Of a stretch of DNA of 59,515 nt, positions 44,628 to 54,575 are shown in pieces. The notes beneath the pieces were generated by a model, which was given only the letters and a program-made list of their open reading frames with translations, searched no databases and was not told where the DNA came from. Each line of letters starts with the position of its first letter. Positions within the stretch are counted from its first letter, which is position 1. This stretch comes from Nitrospinota bacterium (GTDB lineage Bacteria > Nitrospinota_A > JADGAW01). Made by a program: the position numbers and the translations under genes. The stretch is taken from the NCBI GenBank assembly GCA_015231815.1, contig JADGAW010000001.1:1-59515 (forward strand), read 5' to 3'.

Positions 44628-46445
44628 TTATTTCTTTCTGTGCCTTTTACTGAAATTTTTATTGTATGGCACAAGTTGGGTTGTCCCGTAGCCTATGAGG
44701 TCAGTTCTGTCTGCTTTTTTTAAAGCATCTCTTACATCTTCCGCATTTTCAGGTTTATAGTATTGCATGAGTGCTCTTTGCTGCTTTCGTTCCTTTTCAT
44801 CTTTTGTAACCGGGACTTTTTCTCCTGATATTGGATCCATTTCTGTGTAATAGATGTCAGCAGCAAGGGTCATAGGAGCTGGAATAAAGTCCTGAACCTG
44901 TCGTAATCGCAGGTTATTTTTTTTAAGATATATTGCCAGTTCTATTTGTTGATCAAGTCCACAGCCTGGGTGAGCGGAAATAAAATACTGTACAAGGTAC
45001 TGTTCCAACCCTGCTTTTTTTGTTTCCTTCTCAAACATTTCCTTAAATTTTGTAAACTCCTCAATGTTGGGTTTTCTCATAATCATTAAAACATCTTCGT
45101 TTACATGCTCTGGGGCTACCTTTAACTGTCCTGAAACATGATTTTTTACCAGTTCACGCATATATTCCGGTGATTTATTTGCCAAATCATAACGAATTCC
45201 CGAGGAGATAAAAACCTTTTTTACCCCTTGTACTGAACGGGCTTTTTTAAGCATTTCAAGTTGAGGAGCATGATTTATTGTAAGTATTGGGCAAATCTTT
45301 GGATGAATACAGGAGATTTTTTTGCAGCGTGCTTCTACTTCTGGTTTGCTGCAAACCAATTTATACATATTTGCTGTAGGACCTCCAATATCGGAAATAT
45401 ATCCGGTAAAATCCTCCATTTTAGTAACCTGTTTTACTTCCTTGACAATTGATTCTGCAGACCTGCTTTGAATTGCCCGTCCCTGATGAACTGTTAAAGC
45501 ACAAAAGGAGCAACCACCAAAACAACCTCGCATGGCAGTAACTGAATGTTTAATCATTTCAAAAGCAGAGATTTTTTCCTTGTATCGGTAGTGCGGTTTT
45601 CGTATAAAGGGCAAACCATACACTGCATCAAGCTCACTTTCCTCCATTGGTAAAACAGGAGGAAAAACACAAAGGTAACGGTTTCCATGTTTTTGAATAA
45701 GTGTTTTAGCGCAATAAGGATTTTGGTTGGTGTGAATTATCTTAGAGGCACGAGCATATTTTTCCTTACTTGCCTGAACCTCCTCACACGAAGGAATCGT
45801 TTGCGCTTTATCTCCCAGTTCAATTCTTTCCTCACGGTTAAGGATTACGCAAGATCCTTTTATTCTTAAATCAGAAAGGCTTTTTCCCTTTTTTTTTGCC
45901 TCGACAATTTCCTTTAACTGCTTTTCAGCCATACCGTAAACGAGTAAGTCGGCTCGTGTGTCCAGTAAAATAGAGCGTCGAACTTTATCATCCCAGTAAT
46001 CATAATGAGCAAACCTTCTTAATGATGCTTCCAATCCGCCAATAATAATTTCTGGTTTATTAAAAACTTCCCTCAACTTATTACAATAGGCAATGACTGC
46101 CCTTTTGGGTCTGAGTCCAGATAAACCACCAGGAACATAAGCATCATCGGATCTTTTTTTCCTTTGGGCGGTCGTTTTCATTATCATAGAATCCAGATTT
46201 CCTGAGGTTACACCAAAAAACCATTCAGGTTTTCCCAGAGCAGTAAAATCACTTTCCTTTGTGACATCAGGCATCGCAATAATTCCAACTCTAACTCCCA
46301 TTGATTCAAGGTAGCGTCCCATTACTGCAACACCAAAGGATGGATGGTCAACATACGCATCACCGGTTACAAGGATTACATCTAATTTTTCCCAGCCCCT
46401 GTTGTTGGCTTCCTGCAATGTAACGGGAAGAAACTGTTTTTTCAT
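44628..46445 (-). CDS. ygiQ: YgiQ-family radical SAM protein (UPF0313)
   Basis: 'FLPVTLQEANNRGWEKLDVILVTGDAYVDHPSFG' N-terminus and 'CFGGCSFCAL' radical SAM cluster motif. Confidence 0.9.
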   Translation of the reverse strand: MKKQFLPVTLQEANNRGWEKLDVILVTGDAYVDHPSFGVAVMGRYLESMGVRVGIIAMPDVTKESDFTALGKPEWFFGVTSGNLDSMIMKTTAQRKKRSDDAYVPGGLSGLRPKRAVIAYCNKLREVFNKPEIIIGGLEASLRRFAHYDYWDDKVRRSILLDTRADLLVYGMAEKQLKEIVEAKKKGKSLSDLRIKGSCVILNREERIELGDKAQTIPSCEEVQASKEKYARASKIIHTNQNPYCAKTLIQKHGNRYLCVFPPVLPMEESELDAVYGLPFIRKPHYRYKEKISAFEMIKHSVTAMRGCFGGCSFCALTVHQGRAIQSRSAESIVKEVKQVTKMEDFTGYISDIGGPTANMYKLVCSKPEVEARCKKISCIHPKICPILTINHAPQLEMLKKARSVQGVKKVFISSGIRYDLANKSPEYMRELVKNHVSGQLKVAPEHVNEDVLMIMRKPNIEEFTKFKEMFEKETKKAGLEQYLVQYFISAHPGCGLDQQIELAIYLKKNNLRLRQVQDFIPAPMTLAADIYYTEMDPISGEKVPVTKDEKERKQQRALMQYYKPENAEDVRDALKKADRTDLIGYGTTQLVPYNKNFSKRHRKK

Positions 46446-46502
46446 CTTTTAACCTTTCTAAACTATTGATGGGTTATGTTATCAGCTAATACGGTAAAAT
46501 AA

Positions 46503-47294
46503 ATGCCACATTTCAATAATTACCTTATATTTATGTTTAACTTCGGACGCTTTATCGGTATTTTTGTTGGAGTTGGAGCAATGTTAATTGCATTGGTCCT
46601 TGAGCACGCCCAGTTTCAAACCTATTACAACACCGCAGCAGTAATAATAATTCTTGGCGGTTGTAGTGGAGCAGTTATTATTTCCAATGGTGGTGATAAG
46701 TTTTTCAAGGCTCCTGTTTTCTTCTTTCGAGCTTTTACCAAGCCTGACATTCTTGATATTGAGGCAACAGCAAAGGCTTTAAAGGATGTTGCAATTATTA
46801 TCAGGAAAGAGGGGCACCTCTCTGCTTCGGAAGTTATTCAGTCAATTACCCATCCTTTTTTACGTGAAGGACTTCAACTTGTAACTGATGGAATGCCTGC
46901 TGAGGAGGTTGAAATAACTCTTAAAGCTTATTTGAAAAACTTTTACCGTGAACATAAAGCCGGAGTAGATTTTTTTAGCAACCTTGGTGGTTATGCTCCA
47001 ACAATGGGAATTATCGGAACCGTAATTGGTTTGGTAAACATGATGGTAAATCTTGGAAAACTGGGAAGTGATGGATTAGGTGGTGCAATTGCAGTAGCTT
47101 TTATTGCTACGCTCTATGGTATCGGGTTTGCCAATCTCATTTTTCTACCTGTTTCCAATGCTTTGAAAGAAAAGCTTGAAACAGAAATAAATTTCAACAA
47201 AGCGTTAATCGAATCAATTGTCCTCATTCAAGAAGGAGCAGTTCCCAGAGTAATTGAGCGAAAGTTTCTGGATAATACCTTGAAATACTTTTAA
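46503..47294 (+). CDS. motA: Flagellar motor stator protein MotA/PomA family
   Basis: MotA/TolQ/ExbB channel motifs ('APTMGIIGTVIGL', 'AIAVAFIATLYGIGFANLIFLP'). The start may be Met11 (46533). Confidence 0.88.
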   Translation: MPHFNNYLIFMFNFGRFIGIFVGVGAMLIALVLEHAQFQTYYNTAAVIIILGGCSGAVIISNGGDKFFKAPVFFFRAFTKPDILDIEATAKALKDVAIIIRKEGHLSASEVIQSITHPFLREGLQLVTDGMPAEEVEITLKAYLKNFYREHKAGVDFFSNLGGYAPTMGIIGTVIGLVNMMVNLGKLGSDGLGGAIAVAFIATLYGIGFANLIFLPVSNALKEKLETEINFNKALIESIVLIQEGAVPRVIERKFLDNTLKYF

Positions 47295-47306
47295 ACCCCT
47301 TTCACA

Positions 47307-48068
47307 ATGGATTCCAAAGACGACGATTTTTTTAAGGAGGAGGTCGGAGGCGAAGACCATGGGGGAAAAGGTGGGCTCAGATGGCTTCTGACCTATGCCG
47401 ACATGATAACCTTGCTGCTGATTTTTTTTGTGGCTCTCTATGCAATGTCGGAAACAAATTCAAAAAAGATGGAAATTTTTGTTAAAACCTTGCAGAAGGG
47501 ATTTAAGGTTGACCTTAAACAGCTTGCTGTAACAAAGGAAGCAACTTCTCTTGATGATGCTGCAAACCTTCATGCTCAGAGTGAACTGTCCATTAAGGAA
47601 AAAATGTTTAACGATATTTTTAAAAAACTTTCTGGTTTAACCGATTATGGAGTAAATGTTGTTTCAACGGAAAAGGGTATTGTTATTAAAGTTGAAAACA
47701 CCCGTTTTTTTAAGGAGGGAAAAGCAGAGCTCACTGAGGATGCAAAACTCTTGATGAAATATATCGGTAGAGCAATAAAAAAGGTAAAAAACCCGATTGT
47801 TATTGAAGGTCACACCGATATTGTACCAATCAAAACCGAAGAATTTCCCTCCAACTGGGAGCTTTCAACGATGCGAGCAGTTAAGGTACTCAGGTATTTG
47901 GTAGAAAAGGAAATGGTAAAGCCTGAAAGAGTTTCTGCGGCTGGGTACGGACCTTATGTTCCGGTAGCTCCCAATGACCTCTTTACCGGAAACCCCTTAA
48001 ACCGAAGGGTAGAAATTGTCATTCTCAACTTTGAACCAGAAAAACAAAATAAAAAAATTGAAAAATAG
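47307..48068 (+). CDS. motB: Flagellar motor stator protein MotB (OmpA-like C-terminal domain)
   Basis: 'WLLTYADMITLLLIFFV' (plug and TM with conserved Asp) and the OmpA-like 'GHTD...SNWELSTMRA...NRRVEIV'. Confidence 0.88.
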   Translation: MDSKDDDFFKEEVGGEDHGGKGGLRWLLTYADMITLLLIFFVALYAMSETNSKKMEIFVKTLQKGFKVDLKQLAVTKEATSLDDAANLHAQSELSIKEKMFNDIFKKLSGLTDYGVNVVSTEKGIVIKVENTRFFKEGKAELTEDAKLLMKYIGRAIKKVKNPIVIEGHTDIVPIKTEEFPSNWELSTMRAVKVLRYLVEKEMVKPERVSAAGYGPYVPVAPNDLFTGNPLNRRVEIVILNFEPEKQNKKIEK

Positions 48069-48077
48069 GTAGTTTGA

Positions 48078-48617
48078 TTACTTTACAAGGCTCATAAATT
48101 CGTTACGAGTTCTAGGATCTTCCTTAAATGCTCCTAACATAGAGCTGGTAATCGTTGAAGAATTTTGTTTCTGTACACCACGCATAGCCATACAAAGGTG
48201 AAGTGCATCAATAATTACAGCAACACCCTTTGGATTTAGGAGCTCCTGAAGACACTGGGCTATCTGAACTGTTAAACGCTCCTGAACCTGTAGTCTTCGG
48301 GCATAAACATCGACAATTCTAGGAATTTTACTTAAACCGAGAACTTTTTCTCGAGGAATATAAGCAACGGAGCATTTACCAAAAAAAGGGATGAGATGGT
48401 GCTCGCACAGGGAATAAATCTCCATGTCTCTCACAATCACCATTTCATCATACTGAACATCGAAGATTGCGTTATTAACCAACTCTTCAACATTTACGTT
48501 ATACCCGCTGGTTAAAAACTTCATTGATTTCTCAACCCTCTCTGGGGTTTTAATTAAGCCGTCTCTTTCAGGGTCTTCCCCACAATCAACCAATAGGTTC
48601 CTAATTGATTCTTTCAT
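48078..48617 (-). CDS. folE: GTP cyclohydrolase I
   Basis: '[16 protein letters not shown]', '[12 protein letters not shown]', '[10 protein letters not shown]', 'HLCMAMRGV'. Confidence 0.93.
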   Translation of the reverse strand: MKESIRNLLVDCGEDPERDGLIKTPERVEKSMKFLTSGYNVNVEELVNNAIFDVQYDEMVIVRDMEIYSLCEHHLIPFFGKCSVAYIPREKVLGLSKIPRIVDVYARRLQVQERLTVQIAQCLQELLNPKGVAVIIDALHLCMAMRGVQKQNSSTITSSMLGAFKEDPRTRNEFMSLVK

Positions 48618-48631
48618 AAAAGCGGTAAAGG

Positions 48632-50251
48632 TTATTGATATTTAAATGTGTTAATAAGATTATGGAGGTCAGCGGAAACATGTTCCATTTCCTGAGAAAC
48701 CTTGTTAGCTCCTTCAATATCTTTTGCATTATCGTTTGCATGTCCTGCCACTTCATGAACGTTTCGGGCAATTTCCTCAATAGCATTTTTTTGCTCTTCC
48801 ATTGAAGTGGCAATATGAGAAATTTTACTGGAAACATCCTCAACGAGGTTTACTATTTGTCCGAGAGATTCTCCTGCTTCTGCAGCATTTTTAACTCCAG
48901 CGTCAACGTCTTCTTGTCCCTTTTGCATTCCTTCGGCTGCTTTGCCTGTTTCTGCTTGAATTGACTTGATTCTTTCAGTAATTTCCTGAGTTGCTTTTGA
49001 TGTTCTTTCAGCAAGTTTTCTTACTTCATCGGCAACGACGGCAAAACCTCTTCCCTGTTCTCCTGCTCTTGCCGCTTCAATTGCAGCATTCAATGCAAGG
49101 AGGTTAGTTTGTTCCGCAATATCGTCAATTACCGTTGTAATATCTCCAATCTGTTGGGAACGTTCCTGAAGTGAAGTAATGGTTGATGCAATTGAAACAA
49201 CTGTTTCCTTGATGTAATAAATTGCGTCGATTGTTTGCTTAATAATATCCCCACCCTTTATTGCTGCCTGAGAAGCATCTTCTGACAAAGATGCAACCTC
49301 TGTAGTATTTGCAGCAACCATAGATGTTGTTCTGGTAATTTCCTCAACAGCCGCAACAATATCATTTAATTTATTTCCTTGAAGAACAGAACGTTCATTT
49401 ATTTGAGAGGAAGATTCTTTTAGAGATTTTGCAAAGTTTGAAACACTATCTGCATCAGCCCCAATTTTCCTAAACTCATCATTTAATGTTTCCAGAAGGT
49501 GGTTCGTCTGTGTTGCGATTTGCCCAAGTTCATCATTTTGACCATATTCGACCTTTAAGGTTAAATCGTTTTGCTGGGAAATATCTTTAATTTTATCTTT
49601 TACCCTTTGAATAGGCTTTGTTAGCAGAAGTTGCATAATGAACATAATGATGATGAAAAGAAGAATCTGCCATCCGATTTGACCAACCCAAAGTAATGTT
49701 TCAGTCTCAACAATAAAAGCTTGAATTTCTTCCAAACCAATAACAACGGAAACGGTACCATTTACATACCCTGATGGCACTTCATGACATTCCAGACAGT
49801 TTTTTCCATAGGAGTTTTCCGTGGCAATTATGGGAACAATACCCCGTAAAAATGTTTTTCCATTCTTATGAAACTCAACAAAAACAGTTTTTGATGTTTT
49901 CATAACCTGTTTTTCAAGTTCATCCCGACTTCCCTCTTCCCCTTCTCCTTTTCCAAATTGCTCAATGACCTTATCATTTCGTGCAACATGAACTGCTTCA
50001 ATATTTTTTAGTTTAGCTAATTCCTGAAGAAAAACTTTTCTTTCAGAAATTACCCCCGTAATCATAAATGTTGTTAATGCGTTGGCTATAAAATCGGCAC
50101 TATCAACAATGGTGTTTTTTGCCTGTTTTATTGCCTGTTGTTCAAACCTTTGCTGAATCCACAACTGCCCAAAAATGAGGGTAATAACCATAAATAGAAC
50201 AATGGTAAGTTGAAGCTTTAACTGTAATGAGAGATTATTCCAAAAGTTCAT
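48632..50251 (-). CDS. Methyl-accepting chemotaxis protein with a periplasmic CXXCH-containing sensor domain
   Basis: TM, ~170-aa periplasmic region with '[19 protein letters not shown]' (CXXCH at nt 49784-49798), TM, HAMP, then the MCP signalling domain ('[33 protein letters not shown]'). Confidence 0.9.
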   Translation of the reverse strand: MNFWNNLSLQLKLQLTIVLFMVITLIFGQLWIQQRFEQQAIKQAKNTIVDSADFIANALTTFMITGVISERKVFLQELAKLKNIEAVHVARNDKVIEQFGKGEGEEGSRDELEKQVMKTSKTVFVEFHKNGKTFLRGIVPIIATENSYGKNCLECHEVPSGYVNGTVSVVIGLEEIQAFIVETETLLWVGQIGWQILLFIIIMFIMQLLLTKPIQRVKDKIKDISQQNDLTLKVEYGQNDELGQIATQTNHLLETLNDEFRKIGADADSVSNFAKSLKESSSQINERSVLQGNKLNDIVAAVEEITRTTSMVAANTTEVASLSEDASQAAIKGGDIIKQTIDAIYYIKETVVSIASTITSLQERSQQIGDITTVIDDIAEQTNLLALNAAIEAARAGEQGRGFAVVADEVRKLAERTSKATQEITERIKSIQAETGKAAEGMQKGQEDVDAGVKNAAEAGESLGQIVNLVEDVSSKISHIATSMEEQKNAIEEIARNVHEVAGHANDNAKDIEGANKVSQEMEHVSADLHNLINTFKYQ

Positions 50252-50347
50252 ACCTTCCTCGCTTTTCTGTTTTTATCGTCCAATAAAGAAACAAATATAA
50301 TCTTTTATCACATTTAGTTGATTATCTAAAATAGAAACGCCCTTATT

Positions 50348-51124
50348 TTACATTTCTTTTAGCATTTCTAAGGTTTTCTGAGCAGCATTTTGTTCAGCAA
50401 CTTTTTTACTGTTTCCTTTTCCTACTGCATATTTTTCATTCAAAATAGAGCATGAAATCGTGTATATTTTTTCATGACATGGACCATCCTCTGATTCAAC
50501 AGTGTATTCAGGAAGAGTCTTATATTCTTTTTGAACAAATTGCTGAAGTGTTCCTTTATAGTTTTCATCATATTCGCTTTCCAGTTTTTCTTCAACAGTT
50601 TTTTTTATTAATAAACATACCACTTTATATACACTATCAAAGTTTGAATCCAGGTAAATCGCTGCAATGATTGCTTCGATGGAGTTTGCGAGAATGGACG
50701 GATTAAGGTGAACATTTTTATCACGTTCATTTTTTCCCACATTAATTATCTCAGGAATATTAAGATCCAAGGCTACCTGATAAAGGCTCGCTTTATTAAC
50801 AATTCCTGAGCGGACATTGCTTAAAATTCCTTCAGAAAAACCTTCTCTGATTCTCATCATATAATCACTAACGATAAGGTTGAGAATTGCGTCTCCAAGG
50901 AATTCTAGACGCTCATTATTGAGGGAGAAATTATGGTTAAACCGGGTAAAAGAAGGGTGAATTAATGCTTTTTCAAGCATATTAAGGTTCTTGAACTTGT
51001 AATGAAGCTTTTTTTGAAATTGTTTAAGCTCCTTTTCCCTTTTTGAAGATATTTTTATCCCTTCCAAAGAAATTGGAAGCTGGTCTATTTGTCCGATATT
51101 ATTTTCTGAATGCAACACTGGCAT
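50348..51124 (-). CDS. rnc: Ribonuclease III
   Basis: 'NERLEFLGDAILN' catalytic signature and a C-terminal dsRBD ('KGTLQQFVQ...GNSKKVAEQNAAQKTL'). The start is uncertain. The ORF reaches 51163 and overlaps the fabF 3' end. Confidence 0.88.
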   Translation of the reverse strand: MPVLHSENNIGQIDQLPISLEGIKISSKREKELKQFQKKLHYKFKNLNMLEKALIHPSFTRFNHNFSLNNERLEFLGDAILNLIVSDYMMRIREGFSEGILSNVRSGIVNKASLYQVALDLNIPEIINVGKNERDKNVHLNPSILANSIEAIIAAIYLDSNFDSVYKVVCLLIKKTVEEKLESEYDENYKGTLQQFVQKEYKTLPEYTVESEDGPCHEKIYTISCSILNEKYAVGKGNSKKVAEQNAAQKTLEMLKEM

Positions 51125-52349
51125 TTGTTCCGCCAAACCCAAAGGAATTTGATAGAACAACATCTACATCCTTCTTCCTTGCTGTGTGGGGAATATAATC
51201 TAAATCACATTCCGGATCTGGATTATCAAGGTTGATGGTAGGAGGTAAAACTCCCTCCGTCATTGCCTTAATGGAGAAGACCGCTTCCACTCCACCGGCA
51301 GCCCCAAGAAGGTGCCCTATCATTGATTTTGTGGAGGAAATTGCTAAGTTTTTGCAATGTTCCTTAAAGACTTTTTTAATAGCAGTTGTTTCAACAACAT
51401 CTCCACCAGGAGTTGATGTTCCATGAGCATTTACATAACCTATTTCCTCAGGTTTAATACCCTGATCATTAAGGCACATTTCCATACATCTTTTTGCTCC
51501 GGTTCCTTCCATATCCGGAGAAGTTATGTGATAGGCATCTCCCGAAAGCCCATAGCCTGCAACTTGAGCATAAATTGTTGCATTTCTTGCTTTTGCATGT
51601 TCTTCTGACTCCAGAAGGAGAAGTCCTGCTCCTTCACCCATAATAAAACCATCTCTATCCTTATCAAAAGGTCTGCTGGCTTTTTCCGGTTCATCATTTC
51701 GTGTAGAAAGTGCTTTTGCAGCACCAAACCCACCTACAGCAAGGGGAGAAATTACCGATTCTGTTCCTCCAGCAACCATTAAATCAGCATCACCTCTTTC
51801 AATTATCTTATAAGCATCACCAATTGAATGTGTTCCCGTTGCACAAGCAGTAACAACACAGGAGTTGGGCCCTTTGAGTCCGTAACGAATAGAAACCTGT
51901 CCAGATGCCAGATTTGCAATAAGCATGGGAATAAAAAAAGGCGTTATTTTCTTTGGTCCTTTTTCCAAGAGAACAGAGTGATATCTTTCAATTGCCGGGA
52001 GTCCGCCAATACCAGAGCCAATCATTACCCCAAACTTTTCTAACTCAAGGGAATCAAGGTCTATCTTGGCATGTTTAAATAGTTCATCCGTTGCAGCCAG
52101 TGCAAATTGGATGAACCTATCCATTTTTTTAATTTCTTTTTTATCAATGAAGTTTTCTGCTTCAAACCCCCTTACCTGTGAAGCTATCCTACAGGGAAAT
52201 TCTGTAGTGTCAAAAGAGTCTATTTCCGAAACTCCGGATTTACCTGCAAGAAGGTTTTTCCATGTTGTATCTAAATCAAGCCCTAGAGAGGTAATTGCAG
52301 AGAGTCCGGTTACGACTACTTTTCTTTTTTCCATAGATTTATTGAGCAA
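51099..52349 (-). CDS. fabF: 3-oxoacyl-ACP synthase II
   Basis: 416 aa. Active-site 'VTACATG', 'NAHGTSTPGGD', 'SMIGHLLGAAG', 'NSFGFGGTNASV'. Confidence 0.95.
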   Translation of the reverse strand: MLNKSMEKRKVVVTGLSAITSLGLDLDTTWKNLLAGKSGVSEIDSFDTTEFPCRIASQVRGFEAENFIDKKEIKKMDRFIQFALAATDELFKHAKIDLDSLELEKFGVMIGSGIGGLPAIERYHSVLLEKGPKKITPFFIPMLIANLASGQVSIRYGLKGPNSCVVTACATGTHSIGDAYKIIERGDADLMVAGGTESVISPLAVGGFGAAKALSTRNDEPEKASRPFDKDRDGFIMGEGAGLLLLESEEHAKARNATIYAQVAGYGLSGDAYHITSPDMEGTGAKRCMEMCLNDQGIKPEEIGYVNAHGTSTPGGDVVETTAIKKVFKEHCKNLAISSTKSMIGHLLGAAGGVEAVFSIKAMTEGVLPPTINLDNPDPECDLDYIPHTARKKDVDVVLSNSFGFGGTNASVAFRK

Positions 52350-52352
52350 TAA

Positions 52353-52586
52353 TTATCCCTGAGCTTTTTGGATGTAATCAATTGCATCTTTAACGGTCTT
52401 GATGTTTTCTGCATCTTCGTCAGGAATTTCAATATCAAATTTTTCTTCAAAAGCCATAACAAGCTCAACAGTATCAAGGGAATCTGCACCTAAATCATCC
52501 ATAAAGGAAGAATTTTCCTTAACATCGGCTTCATCAACACCAAGCTGTTCAACAATGATTTCTTTAACATCTTCAGCGATACTCAT
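52353..52586 (-). CDS. acpP: Acyl carrier protein
   Basis: 77 aa with '[19 protein letters not shown]' (phosphopantetheine Ser). Confidence 0.95.
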   Translation of the reverse strand: MSIAEDVKEIIVEQLGVDEADVKENSSFMDDLGADSLDTVELVMAFEEKFDIEIPDEDAENIKTVKDAIDYIQKAQG

Positions 52587-52679
52587 AAGATTTACTCCTC
52601 TACAAAAAAGATTAATATTATCAATACAAATAATTAAAACATTTTATTACGAAACTCTCGTATCTTTTTATTTTTTTCA

Positions 52680-53420
52680 TCAGTTCATATACATTCCACC
52701 ATTTACATTTATGGTTTCCCCAGTAATATATTCTGATAAATCACTTGCAAGAAAAATGACCGTATCAGCAATATTCTGTACAGAACCCAGTTTTTGCATG
52801 GGAATGAGGGTGGTTAATTTTTCTCGTGCTTCTTCTGTTAAACCTCCTGTCATATCGGTAATAATATAGCCCGGAGCAACACAGTTTGCCCTGACATTTC
52901 TTGATGCAAGTTCTTTGGCTACTGAACGGGTAAAACCCTGAATTCCCGCCTTTGTTGCTGCATAGTTTGACTGTCCGGGGTTTCCTGTTAAACCAACAAC
53001 TGAGGTAATATTAATAATTGACCCCGTTCTTTTTTTCATCATTCCTTTAGCAATAAGTTTTGTTAAAAGGAAAACAGCTTTGAGGTTTACATTTATGACA
53101 TCATCCCATTCTTCCTCACTCATTCTAACGAGAAGGTTATCTTTCGTTATTCCTGCATTATTTACCAGAACATCAACTTGCCCAACTTCATTGTTAATTG
53201 CTTTAACAAATTCATTTATTGAATCAGTCGAAGTTAGATTACATTGATATGCAGATAAAGAGCCCCCTTTTTCTTCCACAAGTTTTTTCGTAGTATCTGG
53301 CGGAGTAGAATTATAGTTGGTAATAACATGTGCTCCTGCTTCTGCAAGTTTCAGTACAATTCCTTGCCCAATTCCTCTTGAGCCACCAGTAACAACTGCC
53401 GTTTTTCCAGATAAATTCAT
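52680..53420 (-). CDS. fabG: 3-oxoacyl-ACP reductase
   Basis: SDR: 'VTGGSRGIG', 'NNAGI', 'YAATKAG', C-terminal 'TGETINVNGGMYM'. Confidence 0.93.
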   Translation of the reverse strand: MNLSGKTAVVTGGSRGIGQGIVLKLAEAGAHVITNYNSTPPDTTKKLVEEKGGSLSAYQCNLTSTDSINEFVKAINNEVGQVDVLVNNAGITKDNLLVRMSEEEWDDVINVNLKAVFLLTKLIAKGMMKKRTGSIINITSVVGLTGNPGQSNYAATKAGIQGFTRSVAKELASRNVRANCVAPGYIITDMTGGLTEEAREKLTTLIPMQKLGSVQNIADTVIFLASDLSEYITGETINVNGGMYMN

Positions 53421-53461
53421 GCTTGGGATAACGTATGATACATTTGATAAAAAGTTGCCGG

Positions 53462-54391
53462 CTATTTTATCATCTCCTGAAGTTTATTGATACTATTTGT
53501 ATCCGAGACTGGAATGATTTTCATGTCTCTGCATATCTTTCTTCCCAGACCCATAAGAACCTTTCCAGGACCAATTTCGAGGGCAAAGTCATGGTCAATC
53601 TTAGCGAGGGTTTCGATGGTTTCAACCCAGCGTACAGAGCCGGTTACCTGTTCGACAAGTTTAAGCTTATATTCTTCTCCTCTGTCGGAAGCTTTAACAT
53701 CAACATTACGATAAACAGGAAATTTGGGGTCATTAAAGGTAATATCTTTCAAGTAAGTATTCATGTTTTCTGCTGCAGGTTTGATAAGTGGAGAATGAAA
53801 AGGAGCACTTACCGGAAGTTTTACACATCTTTTTGCTCCAGCTTCTTCACATAAAGCAATGACCTCGTCAAGTTCCTTCATTTTTCCGGTAACAACTGTT
53901 TGGTCAGGCGAGTTGTAGTTTGCAACGCTAACATGACCTTTTATACTTTCAGAGTTACATATTTCCTCAATTTTTTCCGGAGAAAGGTTTAATATTGCCG
54001 CCATTCCTCCAACACCCTCCGGAACTGCTTCCTGCATAAAACGCCCTCTGTTACGAACAGCCCCAACTGCATCTTCAAAGCTTAATGATTCTGCTGCAGT
54101 TAATGCTGAATACTCACCAAGACTATGTCCTGCGGCAGCAACAACCTCAAACCCAAAACCCTTAATAATTTCCCAAACTGCTATTGAATGGGTCAAAATA
54201 GCTGGTTGAGTATTTTCCGTCAAATTAAGTCTGTCTCCCCCTTCAAAGCTCAGAGCTGAAACAGAGTCACCTAGCTTTTCATCTGCTAAATCATATATTT
54301 TTTTTGCTTCAGGGAAGTTTTCGTAAATATCTTTTCCCATGCCCTCAAATTGGGAACCCTGACCGGGAAACAGGAGAATTGCTTTTTTCAT
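53462..54391 (-). CDS. fabD: Malonyl-CoA:ACP transacylase
   Basis: 'LFPGQGSQ', 'AGHSLGEYSAL', 'VSAPFHS'. Confidence 0.93.
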   Translation of the reverse strand: MKKAILLFPGQGSQFEGMGKDIYENFPEAKKIYDLADEKLGDSVSALSFEGGDRLNLTENTQPAILTHSIAVWEIIKGFGFEVVAAAGHSLGEYSALTAAESLSFEDAVGAVRNRGRFMQEAVPEGVGGMAAILNLSPEKIEEICNSESIKGHVSVANYNSPDQTVVTGKMKELDEVIALCEEAGAKRCVKLPVSAPFHSPLIKPAAENMNTYLKDITFNDPKFPVYRNVDVKASDRGEEYKLKLVEQVTGSVRWVETIETLAKIDHDFALEIGPGKVLMGLGRKICRDMKIIPVSDTNSINKLQEMIK

Positions 54392-54575
54392 TTATATATT
54401 AGAATAAGTTAACAGTTCAATTACTAGAGTTTTCCTTTCTGTAGCGGGTAATAATATAAGGAAAAACCGTTGTGCATTATACATTTTTGTACAGGTTTTT
54501 TTACCAATTTTAGGTTTTTCTTTTACTTTTGGAAAGGCTCCTTTGCTCCTATTATCGATACGAAGACTTTGTCAT

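Noticed and set aside
48601-48843. 80-aa ORF overlapping the folE start and the MCP 3' end
   Set aside because: It overlaps two well-supported genes on the same strand in another frame, has no family resemblance, and is lysine- and leucine-rich shadow sequence.
51125-51163. Long N-terminal extension of RNase III overlapping fabF by 65 nt
   Set aside because: RNase III homologues do not need this extension. A start at or downstream of 51124 is more plausible (possibly a non-ATG codon after the fabF stop at 51099). The exact start remains uncertain.
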